Shown here: positions 8,257 through 18,177 of the stretch, one piece after another
How the letters are laid out: each line of letters begins with the position of its first letter
How positions within the stretch are numbered: the stretch's first letter is position 1
Origin: an uncultured Clostridia bacterium
GTDB lineage: Bacteria > Bacillota > Clostridia > Christensenellales > UBA1242
Assembly: GCA_937895935.1 (NCBI GenBank)
Contig: CALBKX010000004.1
Span: 99-64,098 of the forward strand
Direction of reading: 5' to 3'
DNA length: 64,000 bases
Notes under the pieces: generated by a model
What the model saw: the letters and a program-made list of their open reading frames with translations, nothing else
The model's database searches: none
What the model was told of the DNA's origin: nothing
Position numbers and translations under genes: made by a program

Positions 8257-11079
8257 ATGGAAAATTATATTGTAGTTAAGGGAGCCAAAGAAAACAATTT
8301 AAAAAATGTTAGCGTTAAGTTCCCTAGAAATAAATTAGTTGTGTTTACAGGTGTTAGCGGAAGCGGTAAAAGTACACTTGCATTTAAAACAATTTTTGCA
8401 GAAGGGCAAAGAAGATATATTGAATCTTTGTCATCTTATGCGAGAATGTTTTTAGGGCAAGCACAAAAACCTGATGTGGAAAGTATTGAAGGGTTGAGTC
8501 CAGCGATTTCAATAGACCAAAAAACAACCAATCATAATCCTCGTTCTACAGTTGGAACAGTAACTGAAATATATGACTATTTTAGACTCTTATTTTCTCG
8601 TGTTGGCAAGCCAATGTGTCCAAATTGTGATAAGGAAATAAAAAAACAATCTATTGACCAAATAGTTGACCAAGTTTATGAATTGGGCGAGGGTACAAAA
8701 ATATATATAGAAGCACCTGTTGTTCGTGGGAAAAAAGGCACTTATGAAAAATTAATTGAAGGATTTAAAAAGTCGGGCTATGCTCGTGTTTCTATTGATG
8801 GAACCATTTATTCCTTAGATGAAAATTTTGAATTAGAAAAAAATAAAAAACACGATATTTCAGTTGTTGTTGATAGATTGTCTATTAAAGAAGATGTTAA
8901 ATCAAGGCTTACTGAAAGTATTGAAACCGCTTTAAATTTGGCCGATGGATTGGTTGTAATAACAGATGCATCTAGTTTAAACCAAAAGTTATTTAGTACC
9001 AATTATGCTTGTCCTTATTGTGGGTATGTGGTAAGTGAAATTACACCTAGACTTTTTTCTTTTAACAATCCATATGGTGCCTGCCCAAATTGTACTGGAC
9101 TTGGATACACTGAAGACATTGATGAAAGTCTAGTTTTAAAAAATTCTAATCTTAGCATTAAACAAGGTGCTTTTAATATTACAGGCTGGAGTGGAAGTGC
9201 TGGCACAATGGCTAGTGTGTATTTCAATATGCTTTCAAAAAATTATGGAATTGATTTAAATACTCCTGTTAAAGATTTGCCAAAAGAACAGTTAAACATT
9301 TTGCTATATGGAAATCAAGGTGAAAAGTTGTCTATGGAAATGCAATCAAGTAGATTTTCAGGGCAAATAAATTCTAGTTTTGAAGGAATAATCAATAATT
9401 TATCAAGAAGATATAGAGAAAGTTCTAGCGACTATATTAAATTTGAAATTTCTAAATTTATAAAAGAACAAAAGTGTAGGGTTTGTGGAGGAAAGAGATT
9501 AAACAAAAGTGCACTTTGCGTGAAGATTGATGGAAAAGACATTACACAAATGTGTGATATGTCAGTTGATGGTTTAAAAGAATACGTAAAAACCATAAAA
9601 TTTAATAAAACTGATGAAAAAATTGCAGAAAATATTTTAAAAGAAATTAACGCAAGACTTCAATTTTTGTACGATGTTGGTTTGAATTATTTAACATTGA
9701 ATCGAAGTGCAGAAAGTTTAAGCGGTGGTGAAAGTCAGAGAATTAGACTTGCAACCCAAATTGGCAGTGGTCTTATGGGAGTGGTTTATATATTAGATGA
9801 ACCAAGTATTGGTCTTCACCAAAGGGATAATGATAAACTATTGGCAACACTAAAAAAATTAAGAGATTTGGGCAACACATTGATTGTGGTTGAACATGAT
9901 GAGGACACTATAAAAAGTGCTGATTATATTGTCGACATTGGACCAAAGGCTGGTGTGCATGGCGGGAAAATTGTCGCACAGGGCAGTGTTAAAGACATTG
10001 AAAATTGCAAGGATTCAATAACTGGAAAATTTTTAAGTGGCGAAGAAAAAATAGAAATACCTAAAGAAAGGCGAAAACCTAAAGGTTGGCTAAAAATTAT
10101 TGGTGCAAAACAAAATAATTTAAAAAATATTAACGTTGAAATTCCAACAGGTGTTTTTGTGTCAATTACTGGTGTCAGTGGTAGTGGGAAAAGTAGTTTG
10201 ATTAATGGCATTTTATATCCTTATTTGGCAAATAACTTAAACAGAGCACAACTCTCCTTAGGTAATTTCAGCAAAATTGAAGGAATAGAACAATTTGATA
10301 AAGTTATTTGCATTGACCAAGCTCCAATTGGGAAAACACCTCGTTCTAATCCAGCAACCTACACGGGTGTTTGGACTGCCATTAGGGAACTATTTGCAAG
10401 CACAAAAGATGCAAAAATGCGTGGATTTGAGGCTGGAAGATTCAGTTTTAATGTGGCTGGCGGTAGATGTGAAGCCTGTGATGGTGCTGGTGTAAAAAAT
10501 ATTGAAATGTACTTTTTGCCAGATATTACAATCCCTTGTGAGGTTTGTAAAGGCACAAGATACAATAGGGAAACACTTGATGTTAAATATAAAGACAAAA
10601 GTATTTCTGACGTTTTAGATATGACAGTGGAAGAAGCACTTAAATTTTTTGAAAATATACCTAGCATTGTTTCAAAAATTCAAGCACTTTATGATGTTGG
10701 TTTAGGCTATATTAAACTGGGACAATCTGCAACTGAACTTTCCGGTGGTGAAGCACAACGTGTTAAACTTGCAACTGAACTTGCTAAAAAATCTACTGGT
10801 AAAACTATTTATATTTTGGATGAACCTACAACGGGACTTCATAGTTATGATGTTAAAAAATTAATTGCAATTTTGCAAAGATTGGTTGGAAGTGGAAATA
10901 CAGTTGTTGTTATTGAACATAATTTGGATGTAATTAAATCTGTTGATTATATCATTGACTTAGGCCCTGAAGGTGGCGATAAAGGTGGTGAAATTATTGC
11001 AAAAGGCACACCTAGTGAAGTGGCAGAAATAGAAAATAGTTATACGGGCATTTATTTAAAAAAAATATTAAAAAATTAA
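8257..11079 (+). CDS. uvrA: excinuclease ABC subunit A
   Basis: Two ABC ATPase modules (GVSGSGKS twice, LSGGE twice) and zinc-finger CxxC pairs. 940 aa, a typical UvrA length. Confidence 0.97.
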   Translation: MENYIVVKGAKENNLKNVSVKFPRNKLVVFTGVSGSGKSTLAFKTIFAEGQRRYIESLSSYARMFLGQAQKPDVESIEGLSPAISIDQKTTNHNPRSTVGTVTEIYDYFRLLFSRVGKPMCPNCDKEIKKQSIDQIVDQVYELGEGTKIYIEAPVVRGKKGTYEKLIEGFKKSGYARVSIDGTIYSLDENFELEKNKKHDISVVVDRLSIKEDVKSRLTESIETALNLADGLVVITDASSLNQKLFSTNYACPYCGYVVSEITPRLFSFNNPYGACPNCTGLGYTEDIDESLVLKNSNLSIKQGAFNITGWSGSAGTMASVYFNMLSKNYGIDLNTPVKDLPKEQLNILLYGNQGEKLSMEMQSSRFSGQINSSFEGIINNLSRRYRESSSDYIKFEISKFIKEQKCRVCGGKRLNKSALCVKIDGKDITQMCDMSVDGLKEYVKTIKFNKTDEKIAENILKEINARLQFLYDVGLNYLTLNRSAESLSGGESQRIRLATQIGSGLMGVVYILDEPSIGLHQRDNDKLLATLKKLRDLGNTLIVVEHDEDTIKSADYIVDIGPKAGVHGGKIVAQGSVKDIENCKDSITGKFLSGEEKIEIPKERRKPKGWLKIIGAKQNNLKNINVEIPTGVFVSITGVSGSGKSSLINGILYPYLANNLNRAQLSLGNFSKIEGIEQFDKVICIDQAPIGKTPRSNPATYTGVWTAIRELFASTKDAKMRGFEAGRFSFNVAGGRCEACDGAGVKNIEMYFLPDITIPCEVCKGTRYNRETLDVKYKDKSISDVLDMTVEEALKFFENIPSIVSKIQALYDVGLGYIKLGQSATELSGGEAQRVKLATELAKKSTGKTIYILDEPTTGLHSYDVKKLIAILQRLVGSGNTVVVIEHNLDVIKSVDYIIDLGPEGGDKGGEIIAKGTPSEVAEIENSYTGIYLKKILKN

Positions 11080-11151
11080 TTAAAAAAAATTAATTTAATA
11101 TTGATAAAAAAGCATTTATTTTAATTTATTTATAAATTTATTAATTTATTT

Positions 11152-11198
11152 GTGTCAAATATTGCAATATTGGATATTGCAATATTTGACACTTTTTT
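11152..11198 (+). terminator. intrinsic terminator (19-bp perfect stem)
   Basis: GTGTCAAATATTGCAATAT tgg ATATTGCAATATTTGACAC followed by TTTTTT. Confidence 0.85.
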
Positions 11199-11225
11199 AT
11201 TTTTGTGATATTGTTTATTAAAAAT

Positions 11226-11747
11226 ATGAAAAATTATTATGAAATAATTGGCGTGGAAGTAAACGCAAGTTATGAAGAGATAAAAAAGGCATACTTAAGA
11301 AAAATGAAAAAATATCACCCAGATGTGTATGAGGGTGATAAGAATTTTGCATTAGAAAAAACAGCGGAAATAAATGAGGCATATAATATACTAAAAGATG
11401 AAGAGCAAAGAAGGGTTTATGATTTAACCAATAATTTTAATGAAAATTCAAATGAAGAAGCAATAAAAAACAACGAAACCGAAGATGCAAACATCTTAAA
11501 AGACTTTGGTAAAAAAATCGGAAGTTTTTTTAAAGGATTAAAATCTGATTTAAAAAATTTTGCAAGTAGAAAAAAACAAACCAACAATAAAGATTTAAAA
11601 AATGAAAAGGAACAAAAAGAATTTTTAAGTGAAGAAGATAAAGAAACATACCTAAACAAAAAGGAAAAAATTAAAAACAAAATAATTATATGGTCTTTGC
11701 TTTTGATTGTGGCTGTTTTAATAATTATCTCTATAAGGCTATTTTAA
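11226..11747 (+). CDS. J-domain (DnaJ-like) protein with C-terminal TM anchor
   Basis: KNYYEIIGV...YHPD motif, K/E-rich linker, C-terminal [21 protein letters not shown] 11226 is preferred over GTG 11205. Confidence 0.8.
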   Translation: MKNYYEIIGVEVNASYEEIKKAYLRKMKKYHPDVYEGDKNFALEKTAEINEAYNILKDEEQRRVYDLTNNFNENSNEEAIKNNETEDANILKDFGKKIGSFFKGLKSDLKNFASRKKQTNNKDLKNEKEQKEFLSEEDKETYLNKKEKIKNKIIIWSLLLIVAVLIIISIRLF

Positions 11748-11792
11748 AGAATTTCTAAACTAAATATTTTTCAATTTAACAAATATTTATTG

Positions 11793-12182
11793 TTAGAAAA
11801 TGTTTTCAAAACTTACACCCATAATGTGACTATAGGCAGAACTGTAAAAAAGTACAAGTTCTAAACTTGTGGTATATTCTTCTTTTATATTGTTTTTTGC
11901 ATATGAAATCATACGCATTATTTCATTCCCCATATCTGTCATATCTTTATGATTAACAAAAAAACATAATGCATCTTCATATTTTATCCAAAAATTTTTT
12001 AACACTCTAGTTTTAGTTATTATTTCTTCAGTGTTTAAATTTTCTGTTGTTAGTGCAAGAGAGTATAATTCATTGCCTTGACTGTTGATTTCTGTAAGTG
12101 TCTTTCGTACAATAATTTCTTCAGTGACACAAACGCCTATTAAAAAAATTGAAATAATTATAATACTTAAAAGTCTTTTCAC
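11793..12182 (-). CDS. DUF4363-like small membrane-anchored protein
   Basis: GTG start preceded by AAAGGAG. N-terminal TM segment. Sits immediately downstream of a DUF421 gene, the usual pairing as I recall it. Confidence 0.6.
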   Translation of the reverse strand: MKRLLSIIIISIFLIGVCVTEEIIVRKTLTEINSQGNELYSLALTTENLNTEEIITKTRVLKNFWIKYEDALCFFVNHKDMTDMGNEIMRMISYAKNNIKEEYTTSLELVLFYSSAYSHIMGVSFENIF

Positions 12183-12194
12183 TACAATGCTCCT

Positions 12195-12893
12195 TTAATT
12201 AGCATCTATAATTTTGCAAGGTTTATTCTTCTCTTGAAAAAATATTTCACCTTGTTTTGTGATTGTTAAAACTAAAACTTGTTTTATAGATTTAACATTT
12301 TGTTTCTTTAATATATCATTAAAATATTCCTTGGACTTATCGCTCATTTTCAAGTTTTCTTTCATATATGAACCTTCAGAGATTATTGTAAGAGGAAGAG
12401 TATCTTCTTCTTTTTTTATTTTCATATCGCCATTGGTAACTGGCGAATTTTCTGGTTTTGGCATAACACTTACTTTGCCATTGGTTTCCATAATGGCATA
12501 TAGAACTTCGCTAAAACTAAAATAGCCAGATTCTCTAATTGCTTCAAATAAATCGTCTATAGTTATGTTTAATTTTTTTAATGATTCATAATTTATTCCT
12601 GTTTGATCAATTACAATTACAGGCTTACCACTTATGAAATTACTAAACCCTGTACTAGCTCTTGTTAAACTGGTAATTACAAAGTGAAAAACAACTAATG
12701 TTAAAAGCGGTACAACACCATTTAAAAGTGGCACACTCATTTCTGCCATTGGGATGGTTGCAAGGTCCGCTATTATCAATGTCAAAACCAATTCAAAAGG
12801 TTGCATTTGACCTAATTGACGTTTTCCCATAAGTCTAAAAACAAAAAGAATTAAAACATAAATCAATAAAACTCTAATAATAATTGTAATCAT
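12195..12893 (-). CDS. DUF421 (YetF-like) membrane protein
   Basis: The MGKRQLGQMQPFELVLTLIIADLA motif is characteristic of the YetF/DUF421 family. Confidence 0.75.
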   Translation of the reverse strand: MITIIIRVLLIYVLILFVFRLMGKRQLGQMQPFELVLTLIIADLATIPMAEMSVPLLNGVVPLLTLVVFHFVITSLTRASTGFSNFISGKPVIVIDQTGINYESLKKLNITIDDLFEAIRESGYFSFSEVLYAIMETNGKVSVMPKPENSPVTNGDMKIKKEEDTLPLTIISEGSYMKENLKMSDKSKEYFNDILKKQNVKSIKQVLVLTITKQGEIFFQEKNKPCKIIDAN

Positions 12894-13013
12894 ATTAATA
12901 TTTTTGACTAAATAAATGAGTTTAAACTTAAAATAATTCTTATTTAACCAAATAAATTAAACTTACTAAAAATTAAAAAAAAGAACCCCAATATTAGGAG
13001 GTTCGCTTCAAAA

Positions 13014-14561
13014 TTAAAAAGCTTTTCTTTTTTTCTTCTTTTTAAATAATTTTTTATTTAGTTTTGATTTAATCCAAACGGAAATAGTATTTACTTCAAT
13101 TAAATTAAATATAAAGCATAATAGGATATAAAATAATGAACCTATTGAGCAAGATATTGCAAGAGCGAAAAATTTTGTCATTATGTTTGTTAAAAGATTG
13201 CAAAGTAAAGAACATATACTAGCGGAAGGAATTATAAATGTAACAGATAGCCATAAGAATTTGCTTATTTGTAATTTTTCTCCAATAACTTTATGTAACA
13301 TTCTTATATTTAAAAAACTTGTTGTTAAAAATAATCCTCCAAAACCCCAAATAAGTGCATTTATTCCTAAAAACATTGGTAAAAACCAAATTGATAAAAT
13401 CAAAAGAATAGCGCCCAAAACATAATTTTTCATTGATTTTACTTCATATCCTAAAGAATTTAATAGTGAAGAAGTAACATTTGTTAACCCAAGCGGTAGA
13501 ATTATCCAAGCCGACTGAGATAAAAGTATGCCACTTAAAGAGTTGTCATAGAAAAACAAACCAATTACTTCGCCTGCACCAATATATAATGGGATAAACA
13601 TAACAGAAATAAAAATGGTAAATTTAATCGCTGAAACAACTCGGGTTTTAATATAAGTCATATCCTGTTTGACAAGTGCAAATGAAAGGTCAGGAACAAG
13701 TGCCGTAGAAAGAGAACCAATTATTGTTGAAGGAATATACAAAAAAGGAATTGTCATTCCCATTGCTGTGCCAAATAAACTTAATGCTTGTGCAGAAGTA
13801 AAGCCTGCCGCAACTAATCTTAATGGAACTATTAGTGCTATAATCGGTTGCACCAAACTTCCGGCAATTCTTACGCCAGTTATGGTGGATGATTGTTTTA
13901 TTAAATTTTTATATACGCTTTTATCTTTTGTTTTTTGGAATTTGCCTCCAATTGCAAAAAATATAATAATTACAAGCACGCTTGAAAGTAGGCAAGCAAT
14001 TGACATAGATACCGCTGCAACATAAGCACCATCTGTTAAACCAAATAATCCGCTAATTAAAATTATAAATAGTATAACTCTAACAACTTGTTCAAAAAGC
14101 TCTGTAATACATAATGCAAAGTATTTGTTTTGACCCCAAATATTACCTCTTAATGTGCTATAAATTGCAGAAAAAACAAGAGCAGGCAATAATAAAAGTA
14201 AAATAGTTATACATTTATCATCTGTAAAAATATGTTTTAAAACAGGTATAAAAATAAACACTAATCCGCATAAAATAAAACTTAAAACGATACCTATGAC
14301 AACACTTGCTGTAACCATTTTTCTTTCAGAGGTCTTATCGTTTGTTGCTCTATAACCAGCCGTCAAACGGCTGACAATAAATGGCAATCCACTCGCAACT
14401 ATTGTTAGTAAAACCATAAATACAGAAAAACTTACTTGATACTGACCTAGTGCTTCTGAACCTATGGCTCTTGAAATATAAATTCTAAATAAAAATCCTA
14501 TAATTCTTGTAATTATAGAAAAAAGGACAATTATAAAAACGGTTTTAAATAAAGATTTCAT
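13014..14561 (-). CDS. MOP-superfamily flippase (SpoVB/MurJ-like polysaccharide biosynthesis protein)
   Basis: 515 aa with about 14 predicted TM helices. The N-terminus FRIYISRAIGSEALGQYQ is typical of SpoVB/MurJ-type proteins. Confidence 0.7.
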   Translation of the reverse strand: MKSLFKTVFIIVLFSIITRIIGFLFRIYISRAIGSEALGQYQVSFSVFMVLLTIVASGLPFIVSRLTAGYRATNDKTSERKMVTASVVIGIVLSFILCGLVFIFIPVLKHIFTDDKCITILLLLLPALVFSAIYSTLRGNIWGQNKYFALCITELFEQVVRVILFIILISGLFGLTDGAYVAAVSMSIACLLSSVLVIIIFFAIGGKFQKTKDKSVYKNLIKQSSTITGVRIAGSLVQPIIALIVPLRLVAAGFTSAQALSLFGTAMGMTIPFLYIPSTIIGSLSTALVPDLSFALVKQDMTYIKTRVVSAIKFTIFISVMFIPLYIGAGEVIGLFFYDNSLSGILLSQSAWIILPLGLTNVTSSLLNSLGYEVKSMKNYVLGAILLILSIWFLPMFLGINALIWGFGGLFLTTSFLNIRMLHKVIGEKLQISKFLWLSVTFIIPSASICSLLCNLLTNIMTKFFALAISCSIGSLFYILLCFIFNLIEVNTISVWIKSKLNKKLFKKKKKRKAF

Positions 14562-14592
14562 AGTATATATTTATTAAAAGAGGTGTTTTTGT

Positions 14593-14877
14593 ATGATTAT
14601 TTCTTATATTTTTCCGCAAATGATTTTTATTGAAGATGAAAAAACATTAAAAATGATAAACAAAAATTTTAACAATTATTATATGAATAAACGGATAGAA
14701 ATAGGCAGTTGGTTTCAAACTAATCCTATTTTTAAAGAAGAAATATGCTATGTCGTAAAACCACTTGATACTTTTGAAAGTGTAGCTAAAAAACTAAATA
14801 TTTCTATTGAAGAATTGAAAATACTTTCCAAAACTAAACACTTATTTGTTGGTCAAAAGATTAACATTTTAAAATAG
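14593..14877 (+). CDS. LysM domain protein
   Basis: AGAGGTG RBS. C-terminal YVVKPLDTFESVAKKLNISIEELKILSK...VGQKINI matches the LysM pattern. Confidence 0.65.
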   Translation: MIISYIFPQMIFIEDEKTLKMINKNFNNYYMNKRIEIGSWFQTNPIFKEEICYVVKPLDTFESVAKKLNISIEELKILSKTKHLFVGQKINILK

Positions 14878-14933
14878 TTGAAAAAAATACTAAAGTGTTG
14901 TATACTACTAAAGTTTAAGAAAAGGATAAAGTT

Positions 14934-16058
14934 ATGATTGAAGTAAAACAAATATCTAGCAAAAAAGATATAAAAACTTTTGTTGATTTTCCAACAAAAT
15001 TATATAAAGGTGTTAAGGAATATTCTTATCCACTTAGAAGTGATGAACTTAAAATGTTTAATCCTAAAAAGAATGTTTCTTATAAAGATTGTGATGTCGC
15101 AACTTTTTTAGCTTATAAAGATGGAAAGGTTGTGGGAAGAATTGCGGCTATGGTGCAAAAACTTTATAATAATAAAATGAATGAAAAACGTGTACGTTTT
15201 ACTCGTTTTGACTGCATTAATGACCAAGAAGTAGCAAATGAAATTTTTAATACTGTTGAAAATTGGGCAAAAAATCAAGGAATGGACACTGTGCATGGAC
15301 CTCTTGGATTCAACGATTTAGATTGTGAAGGCTTGATTGTTGAAGGCTTTAATGAAAGATGTACATATGAGGAAAGGTATAATTTTGAATACTATAAGGA
15401 TTTAATTGAATCTTGCGGTTATCAAAAAGAAATTGATTGGCTTGAAAGGAAAATTTATCCACCAAAGGAAAAAAATGAAAGGGTTGATAGAATTGCTGAA
15501 ATCGTAGCTAAAAGATATAAATTAAAATTTGCAAAAACAAAATCTAAAAGGCAATTTTTAAAAAAATATAAAGAAGGTATATTACAAGTTTTAGATGAAG
15601 CGTATAGTCCTTTATATGGTGTTGTTCCTTACACTGAGGAAGTAAAAAAACAACTTTTATCTCAATTTAAAACTTTTTTGGACTTGCGTTTTATGTTTGT
15701 CATAGTAAATGAAAAGGACGAAGTTGTATGCTTTGGTGTTTCTATCCCTCAATTGAATGAAGCGTTGTACAAATCAAAAGGTAGATTGACGTTACCCGCT
15801 ATATTTAAAGTGTTAAGAGCATTGAAATCACCAAAAGTTGTTGATTTTGCAATTATTGGCGTTAGACCTGATTACTCGAATGAAGGCGTTGGCGCTCTTG
15901 CTATAAAATATCTTATGGACAATATGGAAAAAGAAGGGGTGGAATACTGCGAAACAAATTTGTGCTTAGAAAATAATGCAAAAATAAATTCTACTTGGCA
16001 ATATTTTAATCACGATGTTCATCGCCGTAGACGTGCATACTTTAAAAAGATAGGTTAA
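14934..16058 (+). CDS. GNAT-family N-acetyltransferase-like protein
   Basis: 374 aa. C-terminal FAIIGVRPDYSNEGVGALAIKYL resembles GNAT motif A. Substrate unknown. Confidence 0.5.
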   Translation: MIEVKQISSKKDIKTFVDFPTKLYKGVKEYSYPLRSDELKMFNPKKNVSYKDCDVATFLAYKDGKVVGRIAAMVQKLYNNKMNEKRVRFTRFDCINDQEVANEIFNTVENWAKNQGMDTVHGPLGFNDLDCEGLIVEGFNERCTYEERYNFEYYKDLIESCGYQKEIDWLERKIYPPKEKNERVDRIAEIVAKRYKLKFAKTKSKRQFLKKYKEGILQVLDEAYSPLYGVVPYTEEVKKQLLSQFKTFLDLRFMFVIVNEKDEVVCFGVSIPQLNEALYKSKGRLTLPAIFKVLRALKSPKVVDFAIIGVRPDYSNEGVGALAIKYLMDNMEKEGVEYCETNLCLENNAKINSTWQYFNHDVHRRRRAYFKKIG

Positions 16059-16070
16059 AAGGAAAGATTT

Positions 16071-17540
16071 ATGGAAAATACACAAAATTTGTCTAATGAA
16101 TTTGATATTAGAAAAGAAAAAATAAATATACTTGAAAAAAATGGTGAAATTGTATATAAAGAAAAATTCGAAAGAACTAATACAATTGAAGAAGCGAGAA
16201 CTTTGGGCGATGGTGCAAAAGTTAAAATTGCAGGTAGAATTGTTTTTAAACGTGTTATGGGTAAATTTGGATTTATGCAAATCCGTGACCTTAAAGCAAA
16301 AATTCAAGTAAGTGTTGGCATTAACGAGTTGGAACCTGAAAAATATGATTTTTATAAAAAAATGATTGATATCGGTGACTTTGTTGGCGTTGAAGGTGAA
16401 ATATATACAACTCAAACAGGGGAAATAACTGTTAGAGCATTTAATGTTACTCTTCTTTCTAAAGCATTAAGACCTCTTCCAGAAAAATTCCACGGATTAA
16501 CTGACTTGGAAGCAAAATATCGTCAAAGATATTTAGATTTAATTTCTAATGAAGAAACAAGACAGGTTTTTATTGGTAGAAGTAAACTTTTAGGCTTTAT
16601 AAGAAAATATTTAGGTGAAAATGGGTTTTTGGAAGTGGAAACTCCAATTTTACAAAGTGCGGTTTGTGGGGCAAGTGCTAAACCTTTTTTCACTCATCAC
16701 AATGCTCTTGACAAAGAAATGAATTTACGAATAGCTCCTGAAACTTACTTAAAACAATGCATTGCTGGCGGGTTTGATAGAGTTTTTGAAGTCGCAAAGT
16801 GTTTTAGAAATGAAGGTATGGACACACAACACTTGCAGGAATTTACACAAGTTGAATGGTACGCATCTTACTGGAATTTTGAAGATAATATTAAATTTTT
16901 CCAAGGTTTTATAAAAAATTTATTGTTGGAATTAACCGGTAAAACAACCATTGAAAAAGATGATGTGACTCTTGATTTTGGAAAAGAAAATTTTGATAGA
17001 ATAAATTATGTTGAAAAAATGAGAGAAATTCTTGGCTTTGACTTTTTAGACTATAATGACCCTATTGAACTTAAAAACAAAGTTATTGAAACAGGAATTT
17101 TTACTGCTCAAGATTTGAATGATTATAAGTCTGTAAGTCAAATAATTGATTTCATCTACAAAAAGAAAATCCGTGAAAACATTATTCAACCAACGATTCT
17201 TTATAATTATCCGGCTGTTTTAATACCTCTTGCAAGACGTAACGATAAAGATTCAAGAATTATTGATGTTTTCCAAGTTGTTGTTATGGGAACTGAACTT
17301 TGCAAAGCATATTCAGAACTTGTAAATCCTATACAACAACGCAAAGCTTTCGAGGCGCAACTTGAAGCAAAAAAACAAGGTGATGACGAAACTATGGACT
17401 TGGATGAAGGTTTTATGCTTGCAATGGAACATGGTATGCCACCAATCTCTGGACTTGGTTGCGGACTTGATAGATTGCTTATGCTTATTTATAACCAACC
17501 ATCAGTTAGGGATGTTGTGTTGTTTCCGATTATGAAGTAA
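16071..17540 (+). CDS. lysS: lysine--tRNA ligase (class II)
   Basis: OB-fold segment VKIAGRIVFKRVMGKFGFMQIRD, motif 2 FRNEGMD..EFTQVEWY, and motif 3 MPPISGLGCGLDRLLM. Confidence 0.9.
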   Translation: MENTQNLSNEFDIRKEKINILEKNGEIVYKEKFERTNTIEEARTLGDGAKVKIAGRIVFKRVMGKFGFMQIRDLKAKIQVSVGINELEPEKYDFYKKMIDIGDFVGVEGEIYTTQTGEITVRAFNVTLLSKALRPLPEKFHGLTDLEAKYRQRYLDLISNEETRQVFIGRSKLLGFIRKYLGENGFLEVETPILQSAVCGASAKPFFTHHNALDKEMNLRIAPETYLKQCIAGGFDRVFEVAKCFRNEGMDTQHLQEFTQVEWYASYWNFEDNIKFFQGFIKNLLLELTGKTTIEKDDVTLDFGKENFDRINYVEKMREILGFDFLDYNDPIELKNKVIETGIFTAQDLNDYKSVSQIIDFIYKKKIRENIIQPTILYNYPAVLIPLARRNDKDSRIIDVFQVVVMGTELCKAYSELVNPIQQRKAFEAQLEAKKQGDDETMDLDEGFMLAMEHGMPPISGLGCGLDRLLMLIYNQPSVRDVVLFPIMK

Positions 17541-17892
17541 AGGCGGGTAAATTATTCGCTTCGCTTAAGGATGACGCCTTAAAGGGCGTCATAACCCGCT
17601 CATCGAACTAATTTACCCGCCTTAGGGGAAGCCACTTGGCGAAGCGGGGCTCCGAAGTTTGAATTTACTTATGGATGCGGTTCTAAAGCTCGCATAACCC
17701 GTAAATTCAAATCAAAACACCTTTAGGGGAATAAAACCACTTGGCGAAGTATATCTTCGCGGGTGTTTTTTTTATAATTGGGTAAATTATTCGCTTCGCT
17801 TAAGGATGACGCCTTAAAGGGCGTCATAACCCGCTCATCGAATTAATTTACCCGCCTTAGGGGAAGCCACTTAACGAAGCGGGACTCCGAAT
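17541..17892 (+). repeat. three tandem GC-rich structured repeat units (A 17541..17657, B 17658..17773, C 17779..17892); candidate ncRNA or repeat family
   Basis: Each unit is a long hairpin (A/C arms GGGTAAATTA / TAATTTACCC; B arms TTTGAATTTAC / GTAAATTCAAA) followed by the tail TAGGGGAA..CCACTT(GG/AA)CGAAG and a small hairpin. A and C are near-identical. B shares the structure and the inner motif GGATG.CG...TAAAG..CG.CATAACCCG. The orientation given is only that of the motif as read. Confidence 0.65.
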
Positions 17893-18127
17893 ATTTTTCT
17901 CCCCTGCCAAGGGGAGGTGGCAGTTATGAATTGACTGACGGAGAGGTTTTTTTATGCTTTCCCTTATGTAAATGCTTGCTATGGCAAACGAGATTTGACT
18001 ATAGAGTTTCCCTTAATTTTTCTCTAGCGATTTGCTATTCAAAATATTATACTTGTTTTTTTAATCAAACAACTAGTTTTGTGGTGAGCGAAGCATTAGG
18101 CAATAATATTTATATTTACATTCAATA

Positions 18128-18156
18128 TTGACAAGGGGTACTAGGTATGGTAAACT
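18128..18156 (+). promoter_or_regulatory. sigma-70-type promoter of the metallophosphoesterase operon
   Basis: TTGACA, 17 nt spacer, TAAACT. GAAGGGG RBS and ATG at 18178. Confidence 0.55.
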
Positions 18157-18177
18157 TTTAAGTGAAAGAAGGGGAAA

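Noticed and set aside
17541-17892. Other identities for the repeat units: a CRISPR array, a hammerhead or other self-cleaving ribozyme, or integron attC sites.
   Set aside because: The units are contiguous structured repeats of about 115 nt with no short repeat/spacer periodicity and no cas genes. The minus strand has CGATGAG...CGAA, but the full CUGAUGA core and a closing stem II are missing. The unit ends do not match the attC RYYYAAC/GTTRRRY pattern.
17931-18131. Track ORF of 66 aa between the repeat units and the metallophosphoesterase operon.
   Set aside because: It starts at TTG inside a GC-rich hairpin, has no RBS, has an odd composition, and runs into the operon promoter. It is probably non-coding.
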